A stretch of DNA of 64,000 nt from an uncultured Hormoscilla sp. GTDB lineage: Bacteria; Cyanobacteriota; Cyanobacteriia; Cyanobacteriales; Desertifilaceae. A program made the translations under genes and the position numbers. Of the stretch, positions 13,988-23,178 are shown piece by piece. Location of the stretch: the NCBI GenBank assembly GCA_963921275.4, contig OZ001293.3, positions 256,001-320,000 of the forward strand. Direction: 5' to 3'. Positions within the stretch are counted from its first letter, which is position 1. Every line of letters begins with the position of its first letter. Under the pieces are notes generated by a model that had not been told where the DNA came from, made no database searches, and saw only the letters and a list, made by a program, of their open reading frames with translations.

Positions 13988-14007
13988 GGCAGTGCTGTTA
14001 CAGTTAG
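12343..14007 (+). CDS. ltrA: Group II intron reverse transcriptase/maturase with HNH endonuclease; last residues replaced by fusion
   Basis: RPLGIPTIHDR, SYGFRPGR, GTPQGGVISPLLANI, RYADD, domain X RGWANYF, CQQC...DHV...NLQLLHKHCH. Confidence 0.95.
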   Translation: MIRHRHGTEPMNEWKDIPWRKLERVVFKLQKRIYRAAQRGDKRMVRRLQRLLASSQAAKKLAVRQVTQDNQGKKTAGVDGVKALTPKQRLELVGQIGILGRAKPARRVWIPKPGRTEKRPLGIPTIHDRATQGLLKIVLEPEWEAYFECNSYGFRPGRGCHDAIEAIITSINQKPKWVLDADIAKCFDRINHRALMEKLNTTSPIRKQIRAWLKAGVIDKGYWHPTDEGTPQGGVISPLLANIALHGLEERIMEMAKTQREKQRLTVVRYADDFVVMHNDKEKVEEAQKVVAEWLKGVGLELKPEKTRISHTLYGEKLGFDFLGINVRQYEVSKNRSGKNPHGKALGFKTLTRPSDKSIKKHKERLSEVIASHKAAPQEALIGKLNPIIRGWANYFRTGASKETYSEMDNYLWNTLWQWAKRRHPNKSGNWIAKKYWLNNQAKEWRFGNGEIKLMKHTSVKIVRHVKVKGKASPYDGNLTYWSTRLGRNPEIPNRVAKLLKRQKGKCQQCGLTFKDGDKWEVDHVKPLTLGGKDQYDNLQLLHKHCHNRQCCYS

Positions 14008-14357
14008 AAATCCCCTTGCCAGCTGTAATCTCAGCCGCCCGCTCGGCCCAAAAACGTACAGTAATTCTGGACCCCGCACCAGTGCCAGAAGATCTGCCTC
14101 CTGAACTTTATCCCTTGGTTGATATTATCACACCCAATGAAGTAGAAGCAAGTCAGTTAACGGGTTTAGCCGTGGATAGTCTCCAAACAGCTGCCGCCGC
14201 TGCCGAGGTGTTGCTGGAACGGGGGGCCAAACAGGCGATCGTCACTCTGGGTGGGGGAGGAGTCTTTTGTGCCACGGGAAAGGAAAGCTTCGCCATTCCC
14301 GCCGGGTGCATCTCACTAAGCCAAGGGTACATCTATAATACATGTGATTTAGCCCGC

Positions 14358-14413
14358 TTCGATATCTCTGCTCCTTGCTCTTGTCCCAGGGGACTCGGCA
14401 CACAGGAGACATC
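14358..14413 (+). repeat. 56-nt hairpin micro-element
   Basis: TTCGATATCTCTGCTCC...CAGGAGACATC; other copies at 46010 and 56331. Confidence 0.85.
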
Positions 14414-14452
14414 GCAGGAAGGTTGCCACGCTGCGCTCGCGAGCGACAATTG

Positions 14453-14565
14453 GGCGTTGCACATTTTGGGGATGATGCCATTGTTTGCACATAACTGAAA
14501 GTGGCTTATAGTCTATGTTTAAGACTTATGCAAAGAGACCATCATCCCGTCCGAAGTGCAACGCC
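14453..14565. mobile_element. 113-bp MITE
   Basis: TIR GGCGTTGCAC/GTGCAACGCC; 8-bp TSD GACAATTG. Confidence 0.9.
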
Positions 14566-14893
14566 GACAATTGCTTTGTTCGGTGTAGCCCCACCCCTCG
14601 TTAAGAGGCTCCCGCCTGGGAACGGGTTCCGGCGACGCCAATATGAGATGCACCCATTCCCGCCTTCTCCGTCCCAGCGGTAGATACTGTTGGCGCTGGG
14701 GATGCCTTTAATGGCGGTTTAGCAGCGGATCTGGAAGCCGATCTTACCCTTAGACAAGCAGCTTTCTGGGGTGCCGCAGCTGCTGCCCTGGCCGTATCCG
14801 ACGCCGGCCGATCGCGCTACATTTGAGGCTTTTCTCAAGCAGCAAGGCGTTGTATAAAGAACTTGTAGGCACAAGCAAAACCAGAGGTTAACC

Positions 14894-16537
14894 TTGAGCG
14901 ATATCAACTTTTACCATCCCGAAGAACGACCTTGGCCAAATCCCCGGCTTGATTATGCCAGCATTATCGGACATACAACTGCCGACAGCGTGCGTCTGTG
15001 GTTGCGGGTAGACAAACCTGGTGATTACTGGCTAGTGGTGGCGTCTAATCCGATTCCCACCCATGGTACACCAGAAATTACTTCCTCTGACGAGCAATCC
15101 TATAGCTTCTTATTATCAACAGATGCAAGGAAAACCCAAGAGATTTCTACGGAAAGAATCTATTCCCTGGAATTTGACTCTGGCTATGATATCACCAAGG
15201 TCGTAGAACTGGAGGGTCTGCAACCGGACAGTCGCTATTATTATTGTTTGTTGCAGACTAACAGCGAAAAACCTTGGATATTGGGCCATAAAGAAAAGCT
15301 ATCCGTGCAGACATTTCCCGAACATACCAATGAATTCAACTTCGGGCTTTACAGTTGCCACATGCCCTATGATGGGCGGAAATTAGTCAACATGGAAATG
15401 TGGGATCTGTTTTACCAAGAACTATCAGACGTGAAGGCCCGTTTCATTATCGACGCTGGGGATCAGATGTATGTAGATGGCAATTTACAGTTAAATGTCT
15501 GGACTTGGCTGCGGCAAGTGAAAGACCAGAGGCCCAATCGCTATGATATGCTTTCTTGGTATCGGGACCTATTCCGGGGCTACTGGGGCATGCAGCCCGT
15601 GCAGCGAGTTTTGCGCAGTTTTCCCGCTTACATGATCTGGGACAATCATGAGATTATGGATGGCTGGGGTTCCTTTACCGAGCAGGAACTGGTGGCCCAG
15701 GTGGATGCTACCTTAAAGGAGGAAGAAAGAGAATATCATCTCGCTCTTACCCGGGAGATGTTCCAAGCAGCCAAGCAAGTTTATTATGAATACGAACATT
15801 CCCACAATCCCCCTACTGATGATACTATAGGGCAATTTGACTATGAGTTTAACTGCGGATGCAGCGCTTTCTACGCGCTGGACATGAGAGGACATCGGGA
15901 TTTTAATCGGGACTCATTGCGGATCTTGGGAGAACAGCAGTGGGAACGCTTGACTCATTGGATCTCACGCCAGTATCAGGGGGACTACCGCGTTTTGTTT
16001 ATCGTCTCACCGACGCCAGTAGTTCACTTAAACAGTTTTATTATCAATCAATTTGATATTCCCTATATGGTGGTGACTGACGATATGCGGGATAATTGGG
16101 AACATGAAGCCCATTGGAAGGAGAGAAATAAACTCCTGGGCACAGTATTTCAATTTTCCCAGGAAACTCGGCGCCCAGTAATTTTTCTCAGCGGCGACGT
16201 TCACCTGGGTGCAGCTTTTAAGGTTTCCCATCCGGACTTTCCTGCCGCCCGAGTGTTCCAGCTCACTTCTAGCCCCATTACCCATGCTACCATCAAGAAA
16301 TTTGCCCGTCGCATTTTAGAAATTCTGGTAAAAGAAAGCGGTAACCTGGGCACATTACCAGGAAATGTTCCCTACCAGTTCCAGAACTTATATCTTTGTC
16401 GGCGGAATAATTTCGGCATTGTCCGGGTAAAGGAACTGATGAGGGTAAGTTATCCATCAAGTACGATCTATTCGGCGCTACTGGTAGGTGATGGGACGAT
16501 CGAGAAGAAACAGATCGATCTAAATCAAATCCCTTAA
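14894..16537 (+). CDS. Alkaline phosphatase D (PhoD-like) metallophosphatase
   Basis: YSC, GDQMYVD, MIWDNHEI, LDMRGHR, LSGDVH motifs; no obvious signal peptide; C-terminus may be frameshifted. Confidence 0.85.
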   Translation: MSDINFYHPEERPWPNPRLDYASIIGHTTADSVRLWLRVDKPGDYWLVVASNPIPTHGTPEITSSDEQSYSFLLSTDARKTQEISTERIYSLEFDSGYDITKVVELEGLQPDSRYYYCLLQTNSEKPWILGHKEKLSVQTFPEHTNEFNFGLYSCHMPYDGRKLVNMEMWDLFYQELSDVKARFIIDAGDQMYVDGNLQLNVWTWLRQVKDQRPNRYDMLSWYRDLFRGYWGMQPVQRVLRSFPAYMIWDNHEIMDGWGSFTEQELVAQVDATLKEEEREYHLALTREMFQAAKQVYYEYEHSHNPPTDDTIGQFDYEFNCGCSAFYALDMRGHRDFNRDSLRILGEQQWERLTHWISRQYQGDYRVLFIVSPTPVVHLNSFIINQFDIPYMVVTDDMRDNWEHEAHWKERNKLLGTVFQFSQETRRPVIFLSGDVHLGAAFKVSHPDFPAARVFQLTSSPITHATIKKFARRILEILVKESGNLGTLPGNVPYQFQNLYLCRRNNFGIVRVKELMRVSYPSSTIYSALLVGDGTIEKKQIDLNQIP

Positions 16538-18166
16538 CCTAAAATCTTGCGTCTTACCTGTCTTTTCAAGTATAGCAGCCACAGCCAACCGAGGGTACAT
16601 CCGATAATGTAGTAGGGAAAGTCCCACCAGACAAAGGTAATACCCAGCAGGGCCCGACCCATAAAGGTGGATCTAATGGGTGCATCTCACTTTTGCATCT
16701 GTACAGCTAACATAAGCATGAATATATGGTATGTATCGAGATTTTATCTGGTTATAATTGCGTCGTTTTTTGCTTGATATAGATTTTATGTGATCTCATT
16801 AAAAATGTAGCTATAAGCAAAGTGTATAAAAATTATGGAGCTAGAACAACTTGAACGGGAATTTGACAACATCATTAAAGAAATGACCCAAAAGTATATC
16901 CAAATTATATTTTTAAAAATACAGTCATATGACTTAAAATATTTGGAATTTTTAGAGACAACCACGCGAGAAACTCTGTTAAAAAAATTTGTCCTGAAAT
17001 GTTACAAGAACTTGTCAAATCCGTTACAGGAATTGAAACAGGTAGAGAAGGTCAACAATAGTAAGACAACTGTCAATTACAAATGAACAAGCAGAGTATT
17101 TTGAACTTAAGCCTTATATTCGATTTAGTCCGAAAATGGAGAAAAATAGCGCAGCGTTGATTTGCGCCAATGAATCGTATCGCTGAAAATGATTTAAACT
17201 CTCTCACGGGAATAAAAATTAATCATAGCACATTGCATAGATTAGTGCAAAGAAGTTGCCTACCTTAGGGGTTAAAGAAGTCACGCTAGATGGCGGAAAA
17301 GCAAGGATTAGAACAGAGGAGAAGGGTCGTCATTGTGAATATAAAGATTATAAGTCAAAATGGAAATAATTGTGGAGCTTTTTTTCAAGAAGACCATGTA
17401 TTAATTGATTGGGTAAACTGTCAAAAACTCTTGGCTCCTTTTTATTGTATAGGTGATGGACATCCAGGAATTTGGAAATTATTTAAGCAGATAGGCGAGC
17501 CTTCTTCAAGAAGAGAAATATTATACTGGTATCACCTTAAGGAGAATCTTTATAAGGTAGGGGGTTCTTTGAAGAGGATAAAACAAGCAGAAAATTTCCT
17601 ATGGTCAGGTAAAATTGATGAAACAATATCATTATTCAGACAACTAAAAAAGAAAAAAGCATTTCTGTAATTATTTGGAAAAACATCGTTTAAGAATAGT
17701 TGATTATCAGTATTATCAGTTAGAACAGGTAAGCTCTATAGGTTCAGGTTCAATAGAATCAGTGATTAAACTTATTGGGGCACGGGTAAAAATTTCAAGG
17801 GCTCAATGGAATATAGCCAACGTTCCCAAGATACTTTCCTTGCGTTGTGCTTATACGGGGTTCTTTCTGCATGATGTTTTTGCAAAAGTGAGATGCACCC
17901 GATCTAATTGCTTCTAAAAAGGGCGGGTGCCAGAGTTGGAGACATTCTAGGAAGCATGTTACCAGAAAGACGCCTAGGGAGACCCGCAGGAGTGAGGCTT
18001 TGGGCCAGAACAGCAGAATTAACAGTATCCAAAAGATTTCATAGAGGAGACCGCCAACAGAATTATTGAACCACAGGTGCCAGGGTCCTCGGTACAATTT
18101 GCTAGCAAAGCCTAAAGGAGTAATGACCAGCAAGCTAATCGCGATCGCAAGTCGATAGGTTTTCAT
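16534..18166 (-). pseudogene. DUF2809-like membrane protein interrupted by an IS
   Basis: ...LQLWHPPFLEAIRS | IS | TFMGRALLGITFVWWDFPYYIIG...; joins in frame after removing the IS and one TSD. Confidence 0.85.
16678..17900 (+). mobile_element. ISKra4-like IS with fragmented transposase
   Basis: TIR GGGTGCATCTCACTTTTGCA; 8-bp TSD GATCTAAT; fragments IGDGHPGIW, WYHLKENL, IGSGSIES. Confidence 0.9.
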
Positions 18167-18644
18167 TGATTCGTTCGTCGTTTGTAGTCAGCACAAAGAG
18201 TGCTTCCGGGCACCGTTCGTAGTCAGCACTAAGAGTGCTTCTCAGGCGGGAAGGCCTAGCAGCACTTCTTGTATTGTAGCTCTTACGGGGGCAGGGTAAG
18301 CGCAAGAATCATGCTTGGGGCATCTATTATCAAATATCATGAGAATGATTGCCTTCAAGGAGTGCGAATATAGCACAGTCCACTCGCAATTTTCGTGGCT
18401 CCATACCACATGCACAATTTTTCTTGCGCTTGGCCTGCTTACGGGGGTGTGGTCAAAAACAGTTGGTGAAAGAAAAGTTCTCTGTGCGATCGCGCGGTGG
18501 GCCAGAAACCGGGTTTCTTAATTTATACTTGCGTTGTGCGCCTGATTTGGCCACAGAAACCCGGTTTCTTGTCTGTATGACCGATCAACAAATGCATGAC
18601 CATACCCCTCTTACGGGCGCAGAAACTTAACAAGAGTAAAGAAC

Positions 18645-19360
18645 ATGAATAAAGAAAACGAAGCCATTACCCAAAAACAGCCAATTTTTCTAGTAATGCT
18701 GATATTGATAGTAATGGTCTTAGGGACGATCGCGACAGCATGGCTGACGATCGAGTTGGGAGTAATGGCGATCGGGGCTTGGTCCCTGTGGAGTTCTTAC
18801 CAGCACAGAAAGCAAAGCAAGCAAGGGTACTTGAAAGAATTATTTTATCAGTTAATTCAGGAAAACAATGGTTATATCACTGCGCTAGATTTGGCAATGA
18901 AGGCGAATATTTCTGCTCGAGAAGCAGGTGAATATCTGGAACTCCGTGCCAAAGAATTTGCGGCGGAGTTCCAGGTGAACCAACAATCCGGGATCTTGTA
19001 TTTATTTACCACGGCGAGATCGGCCAGCGCGATCAATGTTAAGGTGGTCGCCCAAGAACCTTTAGGAAAACCACTGCCCAAATCAACAGAAATTCGACGG
19101 CAGTTAAAGGATGCTCCTGCTGTATCTGTTAACATAGATGAGCCCAAAGATTCTGGTGAAGAGAGCCGGGATAAAATCAGGAAATTGCCAAGTTACCCCT
19201 GAATCAATCTCAGTTAGCAAAGCGGTTGCAGGTTCATTCCAGCACGGTCAGCAAGAGAAAACTAAATGCCAATTTTGATGAATGGAGTTTTCACCTCGTT
19301 ATCCAGAGGGAGTGGCGTGGAAATATTCTCCAGAAACGAAACGGTTTTATCCGATGACAG
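18645..19360 (+). pseudogene. Cyanobacterial membrane protein with C-terminal HTH-like segment, frameshifted near 19200
   Basis: ORF 18645-19202; continuation NQSQLAKRLQVHSSTVSKRK...VAWKYSPETKRFYP in other frames. Confidence 0.55.
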
Positions 19361-19427
19361 ATGCCCGAAAATGATGGAGAAAGATCCTAAAGGCGATCGC
19401 ATAAGAGATAATAGAGATAGCAAATTG

Positions 19428-20582
19428 TCACAGCAGTCCGAGGATGGCGATCGCCGCCCGATCGGCTACTCCCGGTGTTCCCAAAGACTGGCGCATTTGC
19501 TGATAGTCTGCTAGCATTTGCTGTCGGACTGGATTAGCTAACAAGTCCATTCCTGCCGAGAATATCGCCTCTGGAGTAGCTTCCTCTTGGAGAAACTCCG
19601 GCACAATTTGCTTCATTGCGACTAAATTTGGCGGCGACATAAAGGGAATAGAAAAATTTAGCAATTTGCGAGCAATAAAAGCTGTTATCGGACTCACGCA
19701 GTAAATCGCTACCTGGGGGACATCCAAAAGAGCAAGTTCTAAATTAACAGTACCGGACTTCGCAATTGCCAAGTCAGCTGCTGCCAATACTTCTTCAGTC
19801 TGACTGCTAATCGTAGCCTGAAGACCGTAATGGCCGATCGCTCGTTGAATGGGTTCTCGAAATTCTTCTCTAGACAGAGGAATCCAAAACTGAACATCCG
19901 TCAGTTTGGATTGAATCATTTTCGCAGCACCAAACATCACGGGCATCAAATATTTTAACTCTTGGCGGCGGGAAGCAGGAATGAGGGCGATCGCCTTTTT
20001 TCCAGGGTCAATTCCCAAAGCAGTCCGGGCCTGACTGCACCCAGGAAATGCTTGCATTCTATCTATTAAAGGATGACCCACCCAAGTCACCTTTGCCCCA
20101 TGGGCAGCAAAATAACGCGCTTCTTCTGGGAAAACAGCTAATAGCAAGTCTGTAATTTTAACAATTTGCGCAGTTTTCCGGTAGGCGTAGCCGTGTGCAG
20201 ACCATACCCAAGTCTGAGGCGCAATGTAGTAAACTATGGGTACTTGGGGCAGATAACTCCGACAGAAAGCACCAATACCGAGATTATGTCCGGGATAGTC
20301 AAGCAACACCACCAGATCGGGAGGATGTTGGCGCAGGTATTGCTTAGTTTTCCGCTGTAGCAGAAACGTCGGCAAAACATAGGGCAGAGATTCCCAAATG
20401 CCCACAGAACCAATGGCCGTCGTGTTACCTAACAGCTGGGCACCCGCAGAGGCCATGCGATCGCCTCCCAGCGCGATAATCTCCACTCTGTACTCTGCTG
20501 CCACAGCGAGTTGAAGCGCCTCTATCAACAGCGCCCCTTGCAGATCCCCGGACACCTCTCCTGTACTGATAAATATCCTCAT
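19428..20582 (-). CDS. lpxB: Lipid-A-disaccharide synthase
   Basis: STGEVSGD, YYIAPQ, VGHPL, PASRRQE, SGTVNLE; lpx operon context. Confidence 0.97.
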   Translation of the reverse strand: MRIFISTGEVSGDLQGALLIEALQLAVAAEYRVEIIALGGDRMASAGAQLLGNTTAIGSVGIWESLPYVLPTFLLQRKTKQYLRQHPPDLVVLLDYPGHNLGIGAFCRSYLPQVPIVYYIAPQTWVWSAHGYAYRKTAQIVKITDLLLAVFPEEARYFAAHGAKVTWVGHPLIDRMQAFPGCSQARTALGIDPGKKAIALIPASRRQELKYLMPVMFGAAKMIQSKLTDVQFWIPLSREEFREPIQRAIGHYGLQATISSQTEEVLAAADLAIAKSGTVNLELALLDVPQVAIYCVSPITAFIARKLLNFSIPFMSPPNLVAMKQIVPEFLQEEATPEAIFSAGMDLLANPVRQQMLADYQQMRQSLGTPGVADRAAIAILGLL

Positions 20583-20605
20583 GTTTGTAGTCAGGACTTT
20601 AGTCC

Positions 20606-21415
20606 TTATCTTTTTCCTGGAATGGGACCGCGACGGCCTACCGTTCCGGAAAAATCGGTAAGAGACAAGCGCATGAACTGGCGCAGGTGTTGTAATTGTT
20701 CGCTATCTGGTAGCAATTCTAGCTGTTCTAGGGCTTGACGCAAAGTGAGACCAGAACGATAGAGAATTCTCCAGGCTTTTTTCAGCAGGCCCAACTCTTC
20801 TGCAGTCACGCATGCCCGTTTCAGACCCACCAGATTCAGCGATCGCACCCGGGAAGGATTCCCCTCCACTAGCATATAGGGTGGCACATCCCGATCGATC
20901 CGACTCATCCCCCCCACCATTGCCATCCTGCCAATATGCACGAATTGATGAATCCCCAACATGCCACCAATCACCGCCCTGGACTCAATTGTCACGTGAC
21001 CTGCCAAGGCTACAGAATTGGCAATCACCACCTCATCGGCGATCGCGCAGTTATGGGCCACGTGGACGTAAGCCATCAGCAAATTGCCATTACCAATTAC
21101 CGTCATTTCCCCAGCCCGAGTCGCCCGGTTAATCGTCACGTATTCGCGGATGCGGTTGTGATCGCCAATTTTCACCAAGCTGAGAGACCCATCATATTTC
21201 AGGTCTTGGGATTCTAAACCAATAGCCGCCCCCGAAAATATTTTGTTACCTTCTCCAATTTCCGTCCAACCATCGATCGTTACATGGGCCCCGATCGTCG
21301 TTCCAGCCCCGATTACAGCATGTTCTCCAATCACAGCATAAGGTGCCACCTGCACCGTTGGATGCAGCTTAGCACCAGGATGGATCGCAGCAGTTGGATG
21401 AATCAGTGTGGCCAT
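20606..21415 (-). CDS. lpxA: UDP-N-acetylglucosamine acyltransferase
   Basis: Hexapeptide repeats, QDLKY, HVAHNC, IHQF. Confidence 0.97.
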   Translation of the reverse strand: MATLIHPTAAIHPGAKLHPTVQVAPYAVIGEHAVIGAGTTIGAHVTIDGWTEIGEGNKIFSGAAIGLESQDLKYDGSLSLVKIGDHNRIREYVTINRATRAGEMTVIGNGNLLMAYVHVAHNCAIADEVVIANSVALAGHVTIESRAVIGGMLGIHQFVHIGRMAMVGGMSRIDRDVPPYMLVEGNPSRVRSLNLVGLKRACVTAEELGLLKKAWRILYRSGLTLRQALEQLELLPDSEQLQHLRQFMRLSLTDFSGTVGRRGPIPGKR

Positions 21416-21501
21416 TTTCCCTTTGCTAATTGCTAATCAGAATGAACTATACAATGGAACAATTAGCAATGAACGATGGCGCTGCGCCATCGACCTATTT
21501 T

Positions 21502-22011
21502 TCAATCCACGAACGAAAACATCAATTCCCCTTCTGCCACCCGTTGACCATCTACTTGAACCCGACATTGCATTTTGCCGAAACGACGGCGCTTGACACT
21601 CAGCAATTGAGCGGTTATGACTAATTGGTCTCCAGGCACCACCGGACGCCGGAACTTAGCTTTATCGATACCAGTTAACATAGATAGTCCTCCAGGGAAA
21701 TCCGACAGCTGAGTCAGTAAGACGCCGCCTACTTGGGCCATCGCTTCGACAATCAGAACTCCCGGCATGATTGGACGTCCTGGGAAATGTCCCTGGAAAT
21801 ACGGTTCATTGCAGGTAACATTTTTAATCCCTACAGCCTTTTTGCCTGGTACATATTCAATAATCCGGTCTACTAGCAAAAAAGGATAGCGGTGGGGCAG
21901 GAGTTTCGTAATCTCTTCGAGGGTGATAACGCTTTTTTCTTTGGCATCAGGACTCTTTGGTGACCCATTATTCACAGAATCGGATGTATTAACTTCGGTT
22001 AAAGTGGACAT
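21502..22011 (-). CDS. fabZ: 3-hydroxyacyl-ACP dehydratase
   Basis: [31 protein letters not shown]. Confidence 0.98.
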   Translation of the reverse strand: MSTLTEVNTSDSVNNGSPKSPDAKEKSVITLEEITKLLPHRYPFLLVDRIIEYVPGKKAVGIKNVTCNEPYFQGHFPGRPIMPGVLIVEAMAQVGGVLLTQLSDFPGGLSMLTGIDKAKFRRPVVPGDQLVITAQLLSVKRRRFGKMQCRVQVDGQRVAEGELMFSFVD

Positions 22012-22043
22012 AAGTAGATTTTGATTTGCGATGTTCCGCCTAA

Positions 22044-23000
22044 TTAATTAGACTGGCAAATTTTTTTGGCAAGTTGGACGTGCAGCTGATGGCTGGCTTT
22101 GTAGGCCAGGTAATGAGCCACGGGAATGGTGAGTAGTAAACTCATATCCCCTACTAAGTCTAATAGTTTATGACGCACTGGTTCATTGGCAAATCGCAAA
22201 GGCGGATTCAGCCACCCGTCGGCACCACAAACTAAGGCATTATCCAGAGTACCACCTTTGATTAAGCCTTGATCGCGCAGCTGCTGGATTTGATCTGCCA
22301 AACCAAAAGTCCTCGCCGGTGCAATTTCGGTAGCAAAGTCCTCTGAGACTGGTTCCCAGCTGTGCCACTGATTGCCAATGGCTGGCGGTGAGAAGTCAAT
22401 TCCATAGGTGAAACGAGTTTTGCTAGCTGGTATGGCACAGACAAAGGCGTCACCCCGCTGCACCCAAACTGGTTCTGTGATTTTGGTAATGGAACGATTT
22501 GGTTCTCCTTCCCGATGTACTCTGCACGCGCTATATCTGCGCACGCTCCGGGAACCCTCCGCTGCACATCGGTCACACATATCTGCCTGGGAACGTACTT
22601 TTGCCTTGCCCGCGCGCAGCGTGCGCGCAGCGCATAGCGCCTCTACCCATTCAGCTGCGGAACCATCCAGTAGGGGCAGTTCTGGGCCGTCAATCTCAAT
22701 TCGGGCATCATGCACGCCCAGGGCTACCAGTGCAGCTAAGAGATGTTCGACCGTCCGCACGCGCGCATCTTTCCATCCCAGTTCAGTAGACAGGCTTGTG
22801 GAAACTACTGCCTCTACCCGGGCAGGTATTACCGGTGCTCCAGGCAGGTCAACCCGCACAAAATAGCGCCCCTCTCCTACTGCTGCTGGTAGCACCTTGA
22901 CCTTAGTGAGGACGCCAGTATGCAGTCCCACTCCCGACTTTTCCATCATCATTGCTAATTGCTCATAGTTAAAGGAGAATAGCAATCGACTATTCACCAT
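22044..23000 (-). CDS. lpxC: UDP-3-O-acyl-GlcNAc deacetylase with in-frame repeat insertions (start uncertain)
   Basis: [39 protein letters not shown]. Confidence 0.96.
   Translation of the reverse strand: MVNSRLLFSFNYEQLAMMMEKSGVGLHTGVLTKVKVLPAAVGEGRYFVRVDLPGAPVIPARVEAVVSTSLSTELGWKDARVRTVEHLLAALVALGVHDARIEIDGPELPLLDGSAAEWVEALCAARTLRAGKAKVRSQADMCDRCAAEGSRSVRRYSACRVHREGEPNRSITKITEPVWVQRGDAFVCAIPASKTRFTYGIDFSPPAIGNQWHSWEPVSEDFATEIAPARTFGLADQIQQLRDQGLIKGGTLDNALVCGADGWLNPPLRFANEPVRHKLLDLVGDMSLLLTIPVAHYLAYKASHQLHVQLAKKICQSN
22511..22570 (+). repeat. 45-nt-family variant (60 nt) in frame in lpxC
   Basis: CCCGATGTAC...GCACATC then G; removal keeps the frame (CD|QGEP). Confidence 0.6.
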
Positions 23001-23049
23001 TAACAATTCTCCCAACAACTAACCACTGACAACTAACCACTGACCACGC

Positions 23050-23137
23050 GATGTGCGATTAATGTGCTCCGCGCAGTGCGAATAGCACGCGCAGAGCACA
23101 TTAAGCAGTGCGAATAGCACGTGCAGAGCACATCGCT
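23050..23137 (-). repeat. Nested pair of 45-nt-family variants (intergenic)
   Basis: Core CAGTGCGAATAGCAC twice; inner unit 23061-23105 is 45 nt with arms AATGTGCTC/GAGCACATT. Confidence 0.75.
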
Positions 23138-23178
23138 TGACAACTGACAACACGGCTGGCGCCCCCAGCGTAGCGCCA

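Larger units (their letters stand above)
14304..14655. mobile_element. Non-autonomous element (352 bp) with ISKra4-like ends
   Basis: TIR GGGTGCATCTCA/TGAGATGCACCC, the same as IS 16678-17900; 9-bp TSD ATTCCCGCC. Confidence 0.9.
13985..14857 (+). pseudogene. rbsK: Ribokinase, 5' half missing and interrupted by a MITE
   Basis: LLQLEIP, ILDPAP, TPNEVEA; after the insertion IPAFSVPAVDTVGAGDAFNGG. Confidence 0.9.

Noticed and set aside
12343..14007. Retron, DGR or defence-associated RT
   Set aside because: Has domain X, HNH and an upstream group II ribozyme 5' half; no TR/VR pair or msr/msd seen
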